Shown one piece after another: positions 9,338 to 17,484 of a stretch of 64,000 nt of DNA; position 1 is the first letter of the stretch; each line of letters starts with the position of its first letter. The translations under genes and the position numbers were made by a program. The notes beneath the pieces are model-generated. The model did no database searches, was not told the DNA's origin, and saw nothing but the letters and a program-made list of their open reading frames with translations. Source of the stretch: Candidatus Omnitrophota bacterium (GTDB taxonomy: Bacteria > Omnitrophota > Gorgyraeia > Gygaellales > Profunditerraquicolaceae); NCBI GenBank assembly GCA_043813305.1, contig JBDRLC010000064.1, forward strand, positions 32,048 through 96,047. Reading direction: 5' to 3'.

Positions 9338-9796
9338 ATGGATAAGAAACGCATTGAGATAATTATCACTTCTGGTTTGGTCTTAGTCCTTATTCTTGCT
9401 TGGCTAAGGATGTTCGGTTTTATGAAAAAAAGAAAGGCTCCTGTGCCAAAGCCCAATCTTGCAGCTTCAACTCAACCCATAAGAGCGGCTAGAGAAGCTG
9501 TTATCTTAGGGTCTGAACAAGGGGGCCTTAAAGAGAATGGGAAATGGAAGGAGGAAGAGAGGTTAGGATGGGTGAGGTGTCCTTTTTCTGGCAGGGCGTA
9601 TATTAGCACTGAAGGAGCTATAGGGTTGATCCTCACCGGTATAAACTGGGATCAAGAGAAAGCCATTGCCATAATAAATAATAAAATATTAATGACAGGC
9701 GAGAAAGTAGGTCCGTATACCGTAGTTAGTATAGAGAAGGAAAAAGTAATTTTAAACGATGGTGCTGATAAGCTGGAACTCCGCCTCTCTCAATAA
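9338..9796 (+). CDS. PilP-like / GspC-HR-like small bitopic protein
   Basis: 152 aa with an N-terminal TM helix, a Pro/Ala linker and a C-terminal beta segment (AIAIINNKILMTGEKVGPYTVVSIEKEKVILND) resembling PilP/GspC homology regions. Assignment is partly by position. Confidence 0.45.
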   Translation: MDKKRIEIIITSGLVLVLILAWLRMFGFMKKRKAPVPKPNLAASTQPIRAAREAVILGSEQGGLKENGKWKEEERLGWVRCPFSGRAYISTEGAIGLILTGINWDQEKAIAIINNKILMTGEKVGPYTVVSIEKEKVILNDGADKLELRLSQ

Positions 9797-9803
9797 CCCC
9801 ATA

Positions 9804-9843
9804 AAAAATTCCCACACTTCAATTAATAGGTGTGGGAATTTTT
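9804..9843. terminator. Bidirectional intrinsic terminator between pilus locus 1 (+) and cspA (-)
   Basis: 14-bp stem AAAAATTCCCACAC (9804-9817) / GTGTGGGAATTTTT (9830-9843). The A-run and T-run give a U-tract on either strand. Confidence 0.65.
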
Positions 9844-9864
9844 GTCCTGGCACTTGTATTTTAC

Positions 9865-10068
9865 TTATGCTGCTTTAGTTACGTTAGTTGCCTGATCTCC
9901 CTTTGGACCCTGGGTGACCTCAAATTCTACCTCATCGCCTTCGTTAAGGCTCTTATAGCCATCTGCGCCGATTGCACTGTAATGGACAAATACTTCCTTG
10001 CCGTCATCAGAAGTGATGAAGCCATAACCCTTTTGGTTACTGAACCATTTCACTTTTCCTCTTGCCAT
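9865..10068 (-). CDS. cspA: Cold-shock protein (CspA family)
   Basis: 67 aa, [36 protein letters not shown]1-like KGYGFI and RNP2-like VFVHYS motifs. Confidence 0.95.
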   Translation of the reverse strand: MARGKVKWFSNQKGYGFITSDDGKEVFVHYSAIGADGYKSLNEGDEVEFEVTQGPKGDQATNVTKAA

Positions 10069-10087
10069 ATCTTACCGTCTCACCTCC

Positions 10088-10235
10088 TTCAATGAGCACA
10101 TAACTTATGGAACAACGTGAACATAAGTTACTGTACGAATTGAACCCTTGACATCTTCAATGTCAAGGGTTATTTCGGCCATACAACTTACGTTCTCTTT
10201 CGCTCCGTAAGTTGTGGCCTCAATAAAAAACCGCA
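10088..10235 (-). repeat. Family-A three-hairpin repeat, copy A3, in the cspA leader (element sense = - strand)
   Basis: Read on the - strand: ATTGAGG, hp1 (CCACAACTTACG/CGTAAGTTGT), CCGAA, hp2 (CCCTTGACA/TGTCAAGGG), TTCAATTCG, hp3 (TAACTTATG/CATAAGTTA), CTCATTGAAGGAGG, N15, ATG(cspA). Same architecture as 37738-37883 and 46733-46905. Confidence 0.7.
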
Positions 10236-10335
10236 AAGCTAAAATCGAATCCTGGCTTTACGGTAATTTTATAATTCTCAAAACCTTACTTCTCCTTAAG
10301 CTAATTACAAGAGTAATATATCATTTTTTTTAATT

Positions 10336-10362
10336 TTGTCAATTTCTTTTTTATGATATAAT
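10336..10362 (+). promoter_or_regulatory. Candidate promoter for tRNA-Thr
   Basis: TTGTCA (10336-10341), 15-nt spacer, TGATATAAT extended -10 (TATAAT at 10357-10362). The spacer is short, so this is weak. Confidence 0.3.
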
Positions 10363-10396
10363 TACATGTCTTTCGCTGGCGTAGCTTGAGTCGGTA

Positions 10397-10448
10397 CCTG
10401 CCTGCCCTGCCTGCCGTCAGGCAGGCGTCAGGCAGGCGTCAGGCAGGG
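10397..10448. repeat. GC-rich palindromic/tandem repeat (family D, copy D1)
   Basis: CCTGCCTGCCCTGCCTGCC followed by three 11-nt units: GTCAGGCAGGC (10416-26), GTCAGGCAGGC (10427-37) and GTCAGGCAGGG (10438-48). The left and right halves are complementary. Confidence 0.8.
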
Positions 10449-10509
10449 AGCAGTCTTTCGCCCCTCGACTGAGAGCAGAAGAAACTATTAAGTCCGGGGT
10501 CCCTCGGTT

Positions 10510-10584
10510 GCCGATGTGGCTCAATGGTAGAGCAAGGCTTTCGTAAAGCCTGGGTTGGTGGTTCGATTCCACTCATCGGCTCCA
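10510..10584 (+). tRNA. tRNA-Thr (anticodon CGU)
   Basis: Cloverleaf folded by hand. Acceptor GCCGATG/CATCGGC, D stem GCTC/GAGC, anticodon stem AGGCT/AGCCT with loop TTCGTAA, T arm GGTGG-TTCGATT-CCACT, discriminator T, encoded CCA. 75 nt. Confidence 0.9.
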
Positions 10585-10753
10585 TAAAAATCTCTCGAGG
10601 GATCCCGAGCCTACATCTGTAAGTTAGCATAAAGCGAGGGATAAAGCACAGCGCGGTGGTTTCCCGATTGGCTAATTAATACGCGGTCGGGATTCCGACA
10701 GAGATTTTGTTAATACGCGGCCGGGACGATTCCACTCGCCAGCTTATAATTTT

Positions 10754-12007
10754 ATGGCTAAATTCTCCGAGGTATTAAAAAACCGTAATTTCTTTCTTTT
10801 GTGGCTGGGTCAGATAATCTCTCAGGTGGGGGATAGGCTTGGTCAGATGGCCCTGATTGCCCTGGTTTACTTTAGGGCGCCGGGTTCCACTTTCGAAATC
10901 GCCAAGATTCTTTCCTTTACGATAATCCCCGTATTCTTAATCGGACCGGTCGCGGGAGTTTATGTAGATAGGTGGGACAGGCGCCGCACAATGTATATTT
11001 GCGATATCCTAAGAGCAATACTGGTGGTACTCATCCCGTTATTTTTGTTCTATAGCAAGAGTATGATCCCGGTATATCTGATTGTATTTTTTGCTTTTTC
11101 TATAGGAAGATTTTTTGTGCCGGCAAAATTAGCCATCGTTCCGGATTTAGTAGAGGAGAAAGATTTACTGATCGCAAATTCCCTGGTTAATACTACCGGT
11201 ATGATTGCAGCGGTAGTGGGTTTTGGTGTAAGCGGTGTTCTGGTTGAGTGGGTAGGTGCAAAGTTCGGGTTTTATTTAGATGCCTTGAGTTTTTTCGCCT
11301 CCGGAGTACTGATCTTTTTTATCATGACCAAAACACGCCGATCTGTTAACTTTATGGAAACAGGTAAGGAAATAGTTGATTTAATCAGTAAGTCTGTGTT
11401 TATAGAGATCAAAGAGGGTGTCTTATATTTTATCCGGAATAAAGACATCCGTTTTACTGCCGGAATAATGTTTATTTTATGGTCTGCACTGGGAGCAGTA
11501 TATGTGGTATTTATTGTCTTCGTACAGAATACCCTGAATTCAGCAACCAAAGACCTGGGCTTGTTAGTGATGTTCCTGGGAGGAGGATTATTTTTAGGCA
11601 CCATTGTATATGGCAAGTTCGGACAGCGGCTCTCGCATTATAAGAGCATATTCAGCTCATTAATTTTAAGCGGTCTGATGCTGAATATTTTTGCCCGTAC
11701 CTTAGATCAGTATCCCCGGTTTGACATCGCCGCTTTGCTGTCTTTATTATTAGGATTTACGATCGCACCGATCATGGTGGCCTCATATACGATTGTGCAT
11801 AAGGCAAGCGCGAATGAGATGATGGGGAAGATTTTTAGCTCTTTAGAGATAGTGATGCATTTAGGATTTATATTGTTTATGTTTATAAGCAGCCTGTTGG
11901 CAGAAAAGTTCTCCAATTTTTTAATCCTGACGGTTGTAGGTTGCTTATTCAGCGTCTTAGGAATAATAAATCTAATATTTCACCGTAAGATCCCATGGTT
12001 AGACTAG
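10754..12007 (+). CDS. MFS transporter
   Basis: 417 aa with about 12 hydrophobic helices. The GVYVDRWDRRR loop between TM2 and TM3 is the MFS signature position. Confidence 0.8.
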   Translation: MAKFSEVLKNRNFFLLWLGQIISQVGDRLGQMALIALVYFRAPGSTFEIAKILSFTIIPVFLIGPVAGVYVDRWDRRRTMYICDILRAILVVLIPLFLFYSKSMIPVYLIVFFAFSIGRFFVPAKLAIVPDLVEEKDLLIANSLVNTTGMIAAVVGFGVSGVLVEWVGAKFGFYLDALSFFASGVLIFFIMTKTRRSVNFMETGKEIVDLISKSVFIEIKEGVLYFIRNKDIRFTAGIMFILWSALGAVYVVFIVFVQNTLNSATKDLGLLVMFLGGGLFLGTIVYGKFGQRLSHYKSIFSSLILSGLMLNIFARTLDQYPRFDIAALLSLLLGFTIAPIMVASYTIVHKASANEMMGKIFSSLEIVMHLGFILFMFISSLLAEKFSNFLILTVVGCLFSVLGIINLIFHRKIPWLD

Positions 12008-13341
12008 AAAAGCATAAACACCAGACAGAAAATAAAGCGATTCAAGAACTACCTATCCCTAGCCGGGTTTATATTCCCCTGAGCCAGCATATAGGCAGGA
12101 TCTGTGCTCCTCTAGTCAAAGTGGGAGATTCCGTAGCTCTAGGCCAGAAGATAGCCGCAGCTGATTCGCATGTATATGCACCTATACATGCCTCTGTTTC
12201 CGGAAAGGTTGTTGCGATTGATGATTGTCCGCATCCTGTGTTAGGAAGTTGTAAAGCTATAATTATTGATAGTGATAAAAGCCTGGCTAGAACCCAGAAC
12301 CTACCTGTCCCGAGCGCAGTCGAGGGAGAACCTGAAACCCAAGAGGAGATAGAAGATTTATCTGCTGAGCAAATTCGTAGTATAGTGCTTGAGGCGGGGA
12401 TTGTCGGGATGGGAGGCGCAAGTTTTCCCGCACACATAAAATTAAATCCGCCTAAGCCGGTTGACGCCTTGGTTATAAACGGCGCAGAGTGTGAGCCTTA
12501 TTTGACTAGTGATTACCGGTTGATGATCGAGAGAGCTAAGGAGATTCTATCAGGCGTCGAACTAGTTGTAAAATGCTTAGGGGTTAAAAAGGTAATCATC
12601 GCTATTGAAGATAATAAGCCGGAGGCGATCAAAGTATTTCAGTCGGTCATAGATTTTAGATCTTCAATACTAGAACAAGAATCTAGCATCAAGAATCCAG
12701 TATCAGTTATATTAAGAGTCCTGAAATCCTTTTATCCTCAAGGTGGAGAAAAGCAATTAATTAAAAATACCCTAAGACGCGAAGTGCCATCAGGGAAATT
12801 ACCCTTTGATGTAGGGGTAGTAGTGCACAATGTCGCTACGCTGTATGCCATCTATGAAGCTGCGTATCTAGAAAAGCCTTTGTATGAGAGGGTAGTTACG
12901 GTTACGGGAGATTGCTTAGAGAATCCGGGAAATTTTTTAGTGCGCATAGGTACACCTTTTAAAGATTTGATTGCTCAATGTGGCCCTATGAAGCAGGAGC
13001 CTGAAAAGGTCATATCAGGGGGGCCGATGATGGGGATTGCCCAGTACAGCCTGGATGTGCCGGTGATCAAAAGCACTAATGGTATTGTTTGTCTAAAGAG
13101 AGCTGAACTCAAGCCATCAGTTGAGGCGTTATGTGTACGCTGCGGCCGCTGCGTAGAGTATTGTCCCGTAGGACTATTGCCTTGTATGATCGGGATGGCG
13201 AGTGAGAAAGAAAAGTGGGATTTGGCAAAGGCATATGGATGCCTGGATTGTATGGAGTGCGGATTATGCAACTATATCTGTCCGCAGAAGAAAGACTTGT
13301 TACAGTCGATTAAGAAGGCAAAATTAAGGAATGATCCATGA
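11995..13341 (+). CDS. rnfC: Rnf electron transport complex subunit C
   Basis: 448 aa with an RnfC-type N-terminus (PLSQHIGRICAPLVKVGDSV), GMGGASFP, and two 4Fe-4S motifs (CVRCGRCVEYCP, CMECGLCNYICP). The start overlaps the MFS stop and may lie slightly downstream. Confidence 0.9.
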   Translation: MVRLEKHKHQTENKAIQELPIPSRVYIPLSQHIGRICAPLVKVGDSVALGQKIAAADSHVYAPIHASVSGKVVAIDDCPHPVLGSCKAIIIDSDKSLARTQNLPVPSAVEGEPETQEEIEDLSAEQIRSIVLEAGIVGMGGASFPAHIKLNPPKPVDALVINGAECEPYLTSDYRLMIERAKEILSGVELVVKCLGVKKVIIAIEDNKPEAIKVFQSVIDFRSSILEQESSIKNPVSVILRVLKSFYPQGGEKQLIKNTLRREVPSGKLPFDVGVVVHNVATLYAIYEAAYLEKPLYERVVTVTGDCLENPGNFLVRIGTPFKDLIAQCGPMKQEPEKVISGGPMMGIAQYSLDVPVIKSTNGIVCLKRAELKPSVEALCVRCGRCVEYCPVGLLPCMIGMASEKEKWDLAKAYGCLDCMECGLCNYICPQKKDLLQSIKKAKLRNDP

Positions 13342-13868
13342 AAGAGACGATTAGATATAGTTTGATATTGGGCATAATATGTTTTTTGGCCAGCGCGGTT
13401 TTATCTGTAGTCAATGCCGTAACCGCGCCAAAGATAGAAGAGCAGAGGATGCTTGAAGAGAAGGCTGCCTTAGAAGAAGTGATGCCGGAAGCAACCGAGT
13501 TTCTAGCAAAATCCTTGGGTGATTCGGTTTATTATCTGGCTTTTAATGATCAAAGGCTTATCGGGTTTGTGATTAAATCCAGCGGCGAAGGGTATTCTTC
13601 GGATATCGTGACCTTGACCGGTCTAGATCTTAAATTAGAGATTGTTGATATCAAGATCCTCTCTCAAAACGAGACTCCCGGTTTAGGGAGCAGGGTAGAA
13701 GAAGCCTCTTTTAGAGAACAGTTCCAGGGAAGGGGTTTAAATTCTATGGATCAAGTCGAGGCAATAACCGGAGCAACTATCTCTTCTTCCGCAGTGATCG
13801 ATTCAATTAAAAAACAGATATTAGAACTTAAAGATATATTACTTCAGGAGATTAATAATGCCGGATAG
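13338..13868 (+). CDS. rnfG: Rnf complex subunit G (FMN-binding)
   Basis: 176 aa with an N-terminal anchor helix. FMN_bind domain with ETPGLG and the flavinylation motif TGATISS. Confidence 0.88.
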   Translation: MKETIRYSLILGIICFLASAVLSVVNAVTAPKIEEQRMLEEKAALEEVMPEATEFLAKSLGDSVYYLAFNDQRLIGFVIKSSGEGYSSDIVTLTGLDLKLEIVDIKILSQNETPGLGSRVEEASFREQFQGRGLNSMDQVEAITGATISSSAVIDSIKKQILELKDILLQEINNAG

Positions 13869-14790
13869 ACTAACAGCCAGTACATCTCCGCATATCCATA
13901 GCCATGAATTAACTGCTCAAGCAATGTGGTCAGTATTTCTGGCTTTAGTGCCTGCCGGGGTTGCCGGAGTCTATATCTTTGGTTTATCTGCTCTAAAGAT
14001 TATCGTTATCTCAATATTAAGTTGTATAATTTTTGAGGCTTTAATCCAGAGATTGACCGGAAGAGAAGTTACTATCTTAGACGGTTCCGCAGCTATTACT
14101 GGTATTTTATTGGCTTATAATCTATCTTCAAATGTTCCTCTTTGGATCCCTGTTGTTGGAAGTTTCTTTGCTATTGCTATAGTAAAGCTGGCGTTCGGAG
14201 GACTGGGAAGGAATATTTTTAATCCTGCCTTAGCAGCCCGCGCATTTTTACTCGCCTCCTGGCCGAAATATATGACTGATTTTGATGCCCTTACCGGCGC
14301 AACACCCTTAGTAATGATCAAAGAAGGAAAGGCGCATGATTTAGCGGAGTTAGGGTTGACCTACTGGGATTTATTCTTAGGCAAGAGAGGGGGTTGCATC
14401 GGAGAGGTATGCATTCTGGCTTTATTACTCGGCGCAGTCTATTTACTCTGGAAGAAACATATCTGGTGGCAGACACCGTTTGCTTTTGTTATTACGCTGG
14501 GAGGTTTGAGCTGGATTTTCGCAGTGCAGGGTTTTTTCAAAGGTGATTTTCTATTTAGTATCTTATCCGGTGGAATAATTCTTGGCGCTTTTTTTATGGC
14601 TACTGATTATGTTACCAGCCCTCTGTGCAGAAGGGGGCAGCTGGTATTTGGTATTGGTTGCGGATTGGTTGCTTTTCTCATACGCAGGTTCGGAGGATAT
14701 CCGGAAGGGGTATCTTATGCAATTTTAATTATGAATGCATTTGTACCTTTGATTGACAGGCATATCCGGCCAAGGGTATATGGAACGTGA
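13858..14790 (+). CDS. rnfD: Rnf complex subunit D
   Basis: 310-aa polytopic membrane protein with SPHIH near the N-terminus, the flavinylation motif LTGATPL, and FMATDYVTSP. Confidence 0.9.
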   Translation: MPDRLTASTSPHIHSHELTAQAMWSVFLALVPAGVAGVYIFGLSALKIIVISILSCIIFEALIQRLTGREVTILDGSAAITGILLAYNLSSNVPLWIPVVGSFFAIAIVKLAFGGLGRNIFNPALAARAFLLASWPKYMTDFDALTGATPLVMIKEGKAHDLAELGLTYWDLFLGKRGGCIGEVCILALLLGAVYLLWKKHIWWQTPFAFVITLGGLSWIFAVQGFFKGDFLFSILSGGIILGAFFMATDYVTSPLCRRGQLVFGIGCGLVAFLIRRFGGYPEGVSYAILIMNAFVPLIDRHIRPRVYGT

Positions 14791-15392
14791 TGAGTTTAAT
14801 TAAAGAATTAACTAAAGGCATATCAAAAGAGAATCCTACATTAGGGCTTGTTTTGGGGTTGTGTCCTGCCTTAGCAGTCTCTACTTCCGTAAGCAATGCT
14901 GTTGGCATGGGGATCGCCGCTACTTTTGTTCTGCTTGGTTCAAATACTATAATTTCAGGAATCCGAAGATTGATTCCTGAGCGCATCAGGCTTCCGGCGT
15001 TTATCGTAATTATTGCTACATTCGTGACTATTTGTGAGTTGGTAATGAAAGCATATTTTCCGGTTTTAGATGCTAATCTGGGGATATTCGTTCCATTGAT
15101 TGTAGTGAATTGTATTATTTTAGGAAGGGCCGAAGCCTTTGCCTCAAAGAATCCGATTTTACCTTCGATCTTTGATGCCATCGGTATGGGTATTGGTTTT
15201 ACTCTAGCATTAATTTCAGTAGCTTTGGTACGCGAGATCTTGGGCGCGGGGAGTATCGCCGGATTTAAATTAACCGATAATTTTGAACCGGTAGCTATGA
15301 TGATACTTGCGCCGGGAGCCTTGCTTACACTGGGTTTGTTAATTGCCTTAACTAATCTGCTTAAAACTAAAGGCAAGAGAGGGCAGCAATAA
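14787..15392 (+). CDS. rnfE: Rnf complex subunit E
   Basis: 201 aa, NqrD/RnfE-type (NPTLGLVLGLCPALAVS). ATGA-type overlap with rnfD. Confidence 0.9.
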   Translation: MMSLIKELTKGISKENPTLGLVLGLCPALAVSTSVSNAVGMGIAATFVLLGSNTIISGIRRLIPERIRLPAFIVIIATFVTICELVMKAYFPVLDANLGIFVPLIVVNCIILGRAEAFASKNPILPSIFDAIGMGIGFTLALISVALVREILGAGSIAGFKLTDNFEPVAMMILAPGALLTLGLLIALTNLLKTKGKRGQQ

Positions 15393-15997
15393 TGGATTTT
15401 GCTAAAATTTTGACTATAGCCATCAGTATGATCTTCATCAATAATTTTATTCTCTCTAAATTCCTCGGCCTTTGTCCTTTCTTAGGGGTCTCTAAGGAAA
15501 CTAAATCAGCGCTTTCCATGGGGTTTGCAGTGATATTTGTAATGACTATATCCAGTATTATCACCTGGTTGGTATATAACTTTGTATTACTGCGTTTTAA
15601 TATCGGATATTTAAGGACGATTACCTTTATCTTGGTTATTGCCGCATCTGTTCAGTTCATAGAGATAGTGATTAGAAGATATTCTCCTGCTTTGTATAGG
15701 GCTTTAGGGATTTATCTGCCTTTGATTACTACCAATTGCGCTGTTTTGGGTGTGACGATATTAAATATCAATAATTTTTCTAAGGGAGTTTCTTTAGCAG
15801 AGAGTTTTCTTTACTCTACCGCTCAGGCTTTTTTTGCCGGTGTAGGTTTCTTACTGGCGCTGATTATTATGTCAGGGATCCGCGAGCGCCTGGAATTGAT
15901 CGATATACCAAAGAGCCTGCAGGGTATTCCTATAGCTTTTGTGGTTGCCTCGCTGATGAGCCTGGCATTTATGGGATTTAACGGGTTCTCCCGCTAA
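15392..15997 (+). CDS. rnfA: Rnf complex subunit A
   Basis: 201 aa, NqrE/RnfA-type (FLGLCPFLGVS). TAATG overlap with rnfE. Confidence 0.9.
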   Translation: MDFAKILTIAISMIFINNFILSKFLGLCPFLGVSKETKSALSMGFAVIFVMTISSIITWLVYNFVLLRFNIGYLRTITFILVIAASVQFIEIVIRRYSPALYRALGIYLPLITTNCAVLGVTILNINNFSKGVSLAESFLYSTAQAFFAGVGFLLALIIMSGIRERLELIDIPKSLQGIPIAFVVASLMSLAFMGFNGFSR

Positions 15998-16063
15998 ACT
16001 GATTAATTAGCAGGCGGGATCCCGCCATCGAATAAGTGTAGAGTGGCGGGGAGGTTTTAAATC

Positions 16064-16879
16064 ATGGATATATTACCGCCGATTTTAACTTTAACCGGAT
16101 TGGGAGTTGTTTTTGGGGCAGGTCTTGCTCTGGCAGCTAAGAAGTTCTGCGTAACTGCTGATCCCCGTCTGGAAAAAATATATGCTCAACTTCCCGGAGC
16201 AAACTGCGGCGCCTGCGGTAAGCCGGGATGTATCGGATTTGCCGAAGGTTTGATTCAGGGGACTTGTTCTATTGAAGGATGTGTACTAGCTGAGGAAAAA
16301 GTGCGCGAGATGATCGCAGGTGTGTTAGGGGTGGAACATAAAGCAAAATTAAAGAAGGTGGCTGTTCTGCATTGTAATGGAGGGAATAAACGGGCAAAGG
16401 ATAAATTTGAATATAGCGGCATAAGAAGCTGTCTTTCTGCTGATCTTGTTGCAGGAGGGCCGAAGGCCTGTATTTATGGCTGTATAGGATACGCGGATTG
16501 TCAGCGGGTTTGTCCCTTTGGCGCAATTACAATGAGTGCAGAAGGCCTACCGGTGGTTAATGAGGATAAGTGTACTGCCTGCGCTAAGTGTATAGTAGCA
16601 TGCCCTAAGAAACTTTTCAGTTTGGTCTCAGCTGACAAAAATTATCTTGTGCGCTGTAAATCTCTTGATCTGGGGAAAAAAGTAATGCGGGCCTGTTCTG
16701 TTGGATGTATTGCCTGCCGTAAATGTGAGAAGGCCTGTCCGCTTGAGGCAATTAAGATGATTGATAATCTTTCGGTTATTGACTATAATATCTGTGATAA
16801 CCGCGGTGAGTGTTTCAGGGTCTGTCCTACCAAGAGTATTACCAGGAAGGAAAATAAGTTATGGAAGATGCGGGCTTAA
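16064..16879 (+). CDS. rnfB: Rnf complex subunit B (polyferredoxin)
   Basis: 271 aa with an N-terminal membrane helix, LPGANCGACGKPGC, and several 4Fe-4S motifs (CTACAKCIVACP, CIACRKCEKACP, CDNRGECFRVCP). Confidence 0.9.
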   Translation: MDILPPILTLTGLGVVFGAGLALAAKKFCVTADPRLEKIYAQLPGANCGACGKPGCIGFAEGLIQGTCSIEGCVLAEEKVREMIAGVLGVEHKAKLKKVAVLHCNGGNKRAKDKFEYSGIRSCLSADLVAGGPKACIYGCIGYADCQRVCPFGAITMSAEGLPVVNEDKCTACAKCIVACPKKLFSLVSADKNYLVRCKSLDLGKKVMRACSVGCIACRKCEKACPLEAIKMIDNLSVIDYNICDNRGECFRVCPTKSITRKENKLWKMRA

Positions 16880-17484
16880 AAAATATTGCGGTCTTTGCTT
16901 CAGGAAGAGGGAGTAATTTTAGCGCGATTATTCGGGCAGTTAAAAAAGGCAAGATCAAAGCGAATCTATCTTTACTGATCTCTGATAATCCTAAGGCAGG
17001 AGCTATTGCCAGAGCAAAGCGTGCAGGAGTAAAAGTAGTCTTGGCAAAAAGGGAGGATTTTGCTACTAAGAGTGATTTTGAAAAAAGAATTATCCAGCAC
17101 CTTCAGGAGAATAATATAGAGTTAATCGTTTTGGCGGGTTTTATGCGCGTTCTAGGGCCTGATCTTATACAGGCTTATGATCAGCGGATTTTAAACATAC
17201 ATCCTGCAATACTTCCCTCTTTTAAGGGTGCGCATGGGATAAAGGATGCTTTTGACTATGGCGTGAAAGTCACAGGTGTAACGGTTCATTTCGTAGATGA
17301 AGAGATGGACCACGGTCCGATAGTCTTACAGGCTCAGGTCCTGATAGAAGAAAATGATACCCTTGAATCTCTGGAGAAAAAGATACATAAAATAGAGCAT
17401 AAGCTCTATCCGCAAGCAATCAGACTGTTTCTAGAAGGAAAGATAAGAGTGGAAGGGAGGAGGGCAAAGATTACTAGTGTTTAG
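16861..17484 (+). CDS. purN: Phosphoribosylglycinamide formyltransferase
   Basis: 207 aa with IAVFASGRGSNFSAII, LIVLAGFMRVL, NIHPAILPSFKG and VHFVDEEMDHGPIV. Overlaps rnfB by 19 nt. Confidence 0.92.
   Translation: MEDAGLKNIAVFASGRGSNFSAIIRAVKKGKIKANLSLLISDNPKAGAIARAKRAGVKVVLAKREDFATKSDFEKRIIQHLQENNIELIVLAGFMRVLGPDLIQAYDQRILNIHPAILPSFKGAHGIKDAFDYGVKVTGVTVHFVDEEMDHGPIVLQAQVLIEENDTLESLEKKIHKIEHKLYPQAIRLFLEGKIRVEGRRAKITSV

Noticed and set aside
9832-10095. 87-aa + strand ORF
   Set aside because: It overlaps the highly conserved cspA on the opposite strand and starts inside the terminator hairpin.
10397-10448. Possible CRISPR array (short GC-rich direct repeats)
   Set aside because: The units are 11 nt long and contiguous with no spacers. 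The region is self-complementary and no cas genes are present.
10439-10630. 63-aa - strand ORF
   Set aside because: It overlaps tRNA-Thr and the GC-rich repeat, so it is not coding.
14729-15376. 215-aa ORF on the - strand
   Set aside because: It is entirely antisense to rnfE, which has clear family motifs. Its composition is low-complexity (Ile/Pro/Ala/Lys-rich), it has no SD, and it is a typical shadow ORF.
16013-16026. GGCGGGATCCCGCC palindrome between rnfA and rnfB as a terminator
   Set aside because: The stem is short, it is not followed by a U-tract, and it lies inside an operon whose subunits are needed stoichiometrically. It is at most a minor mRNA structure.
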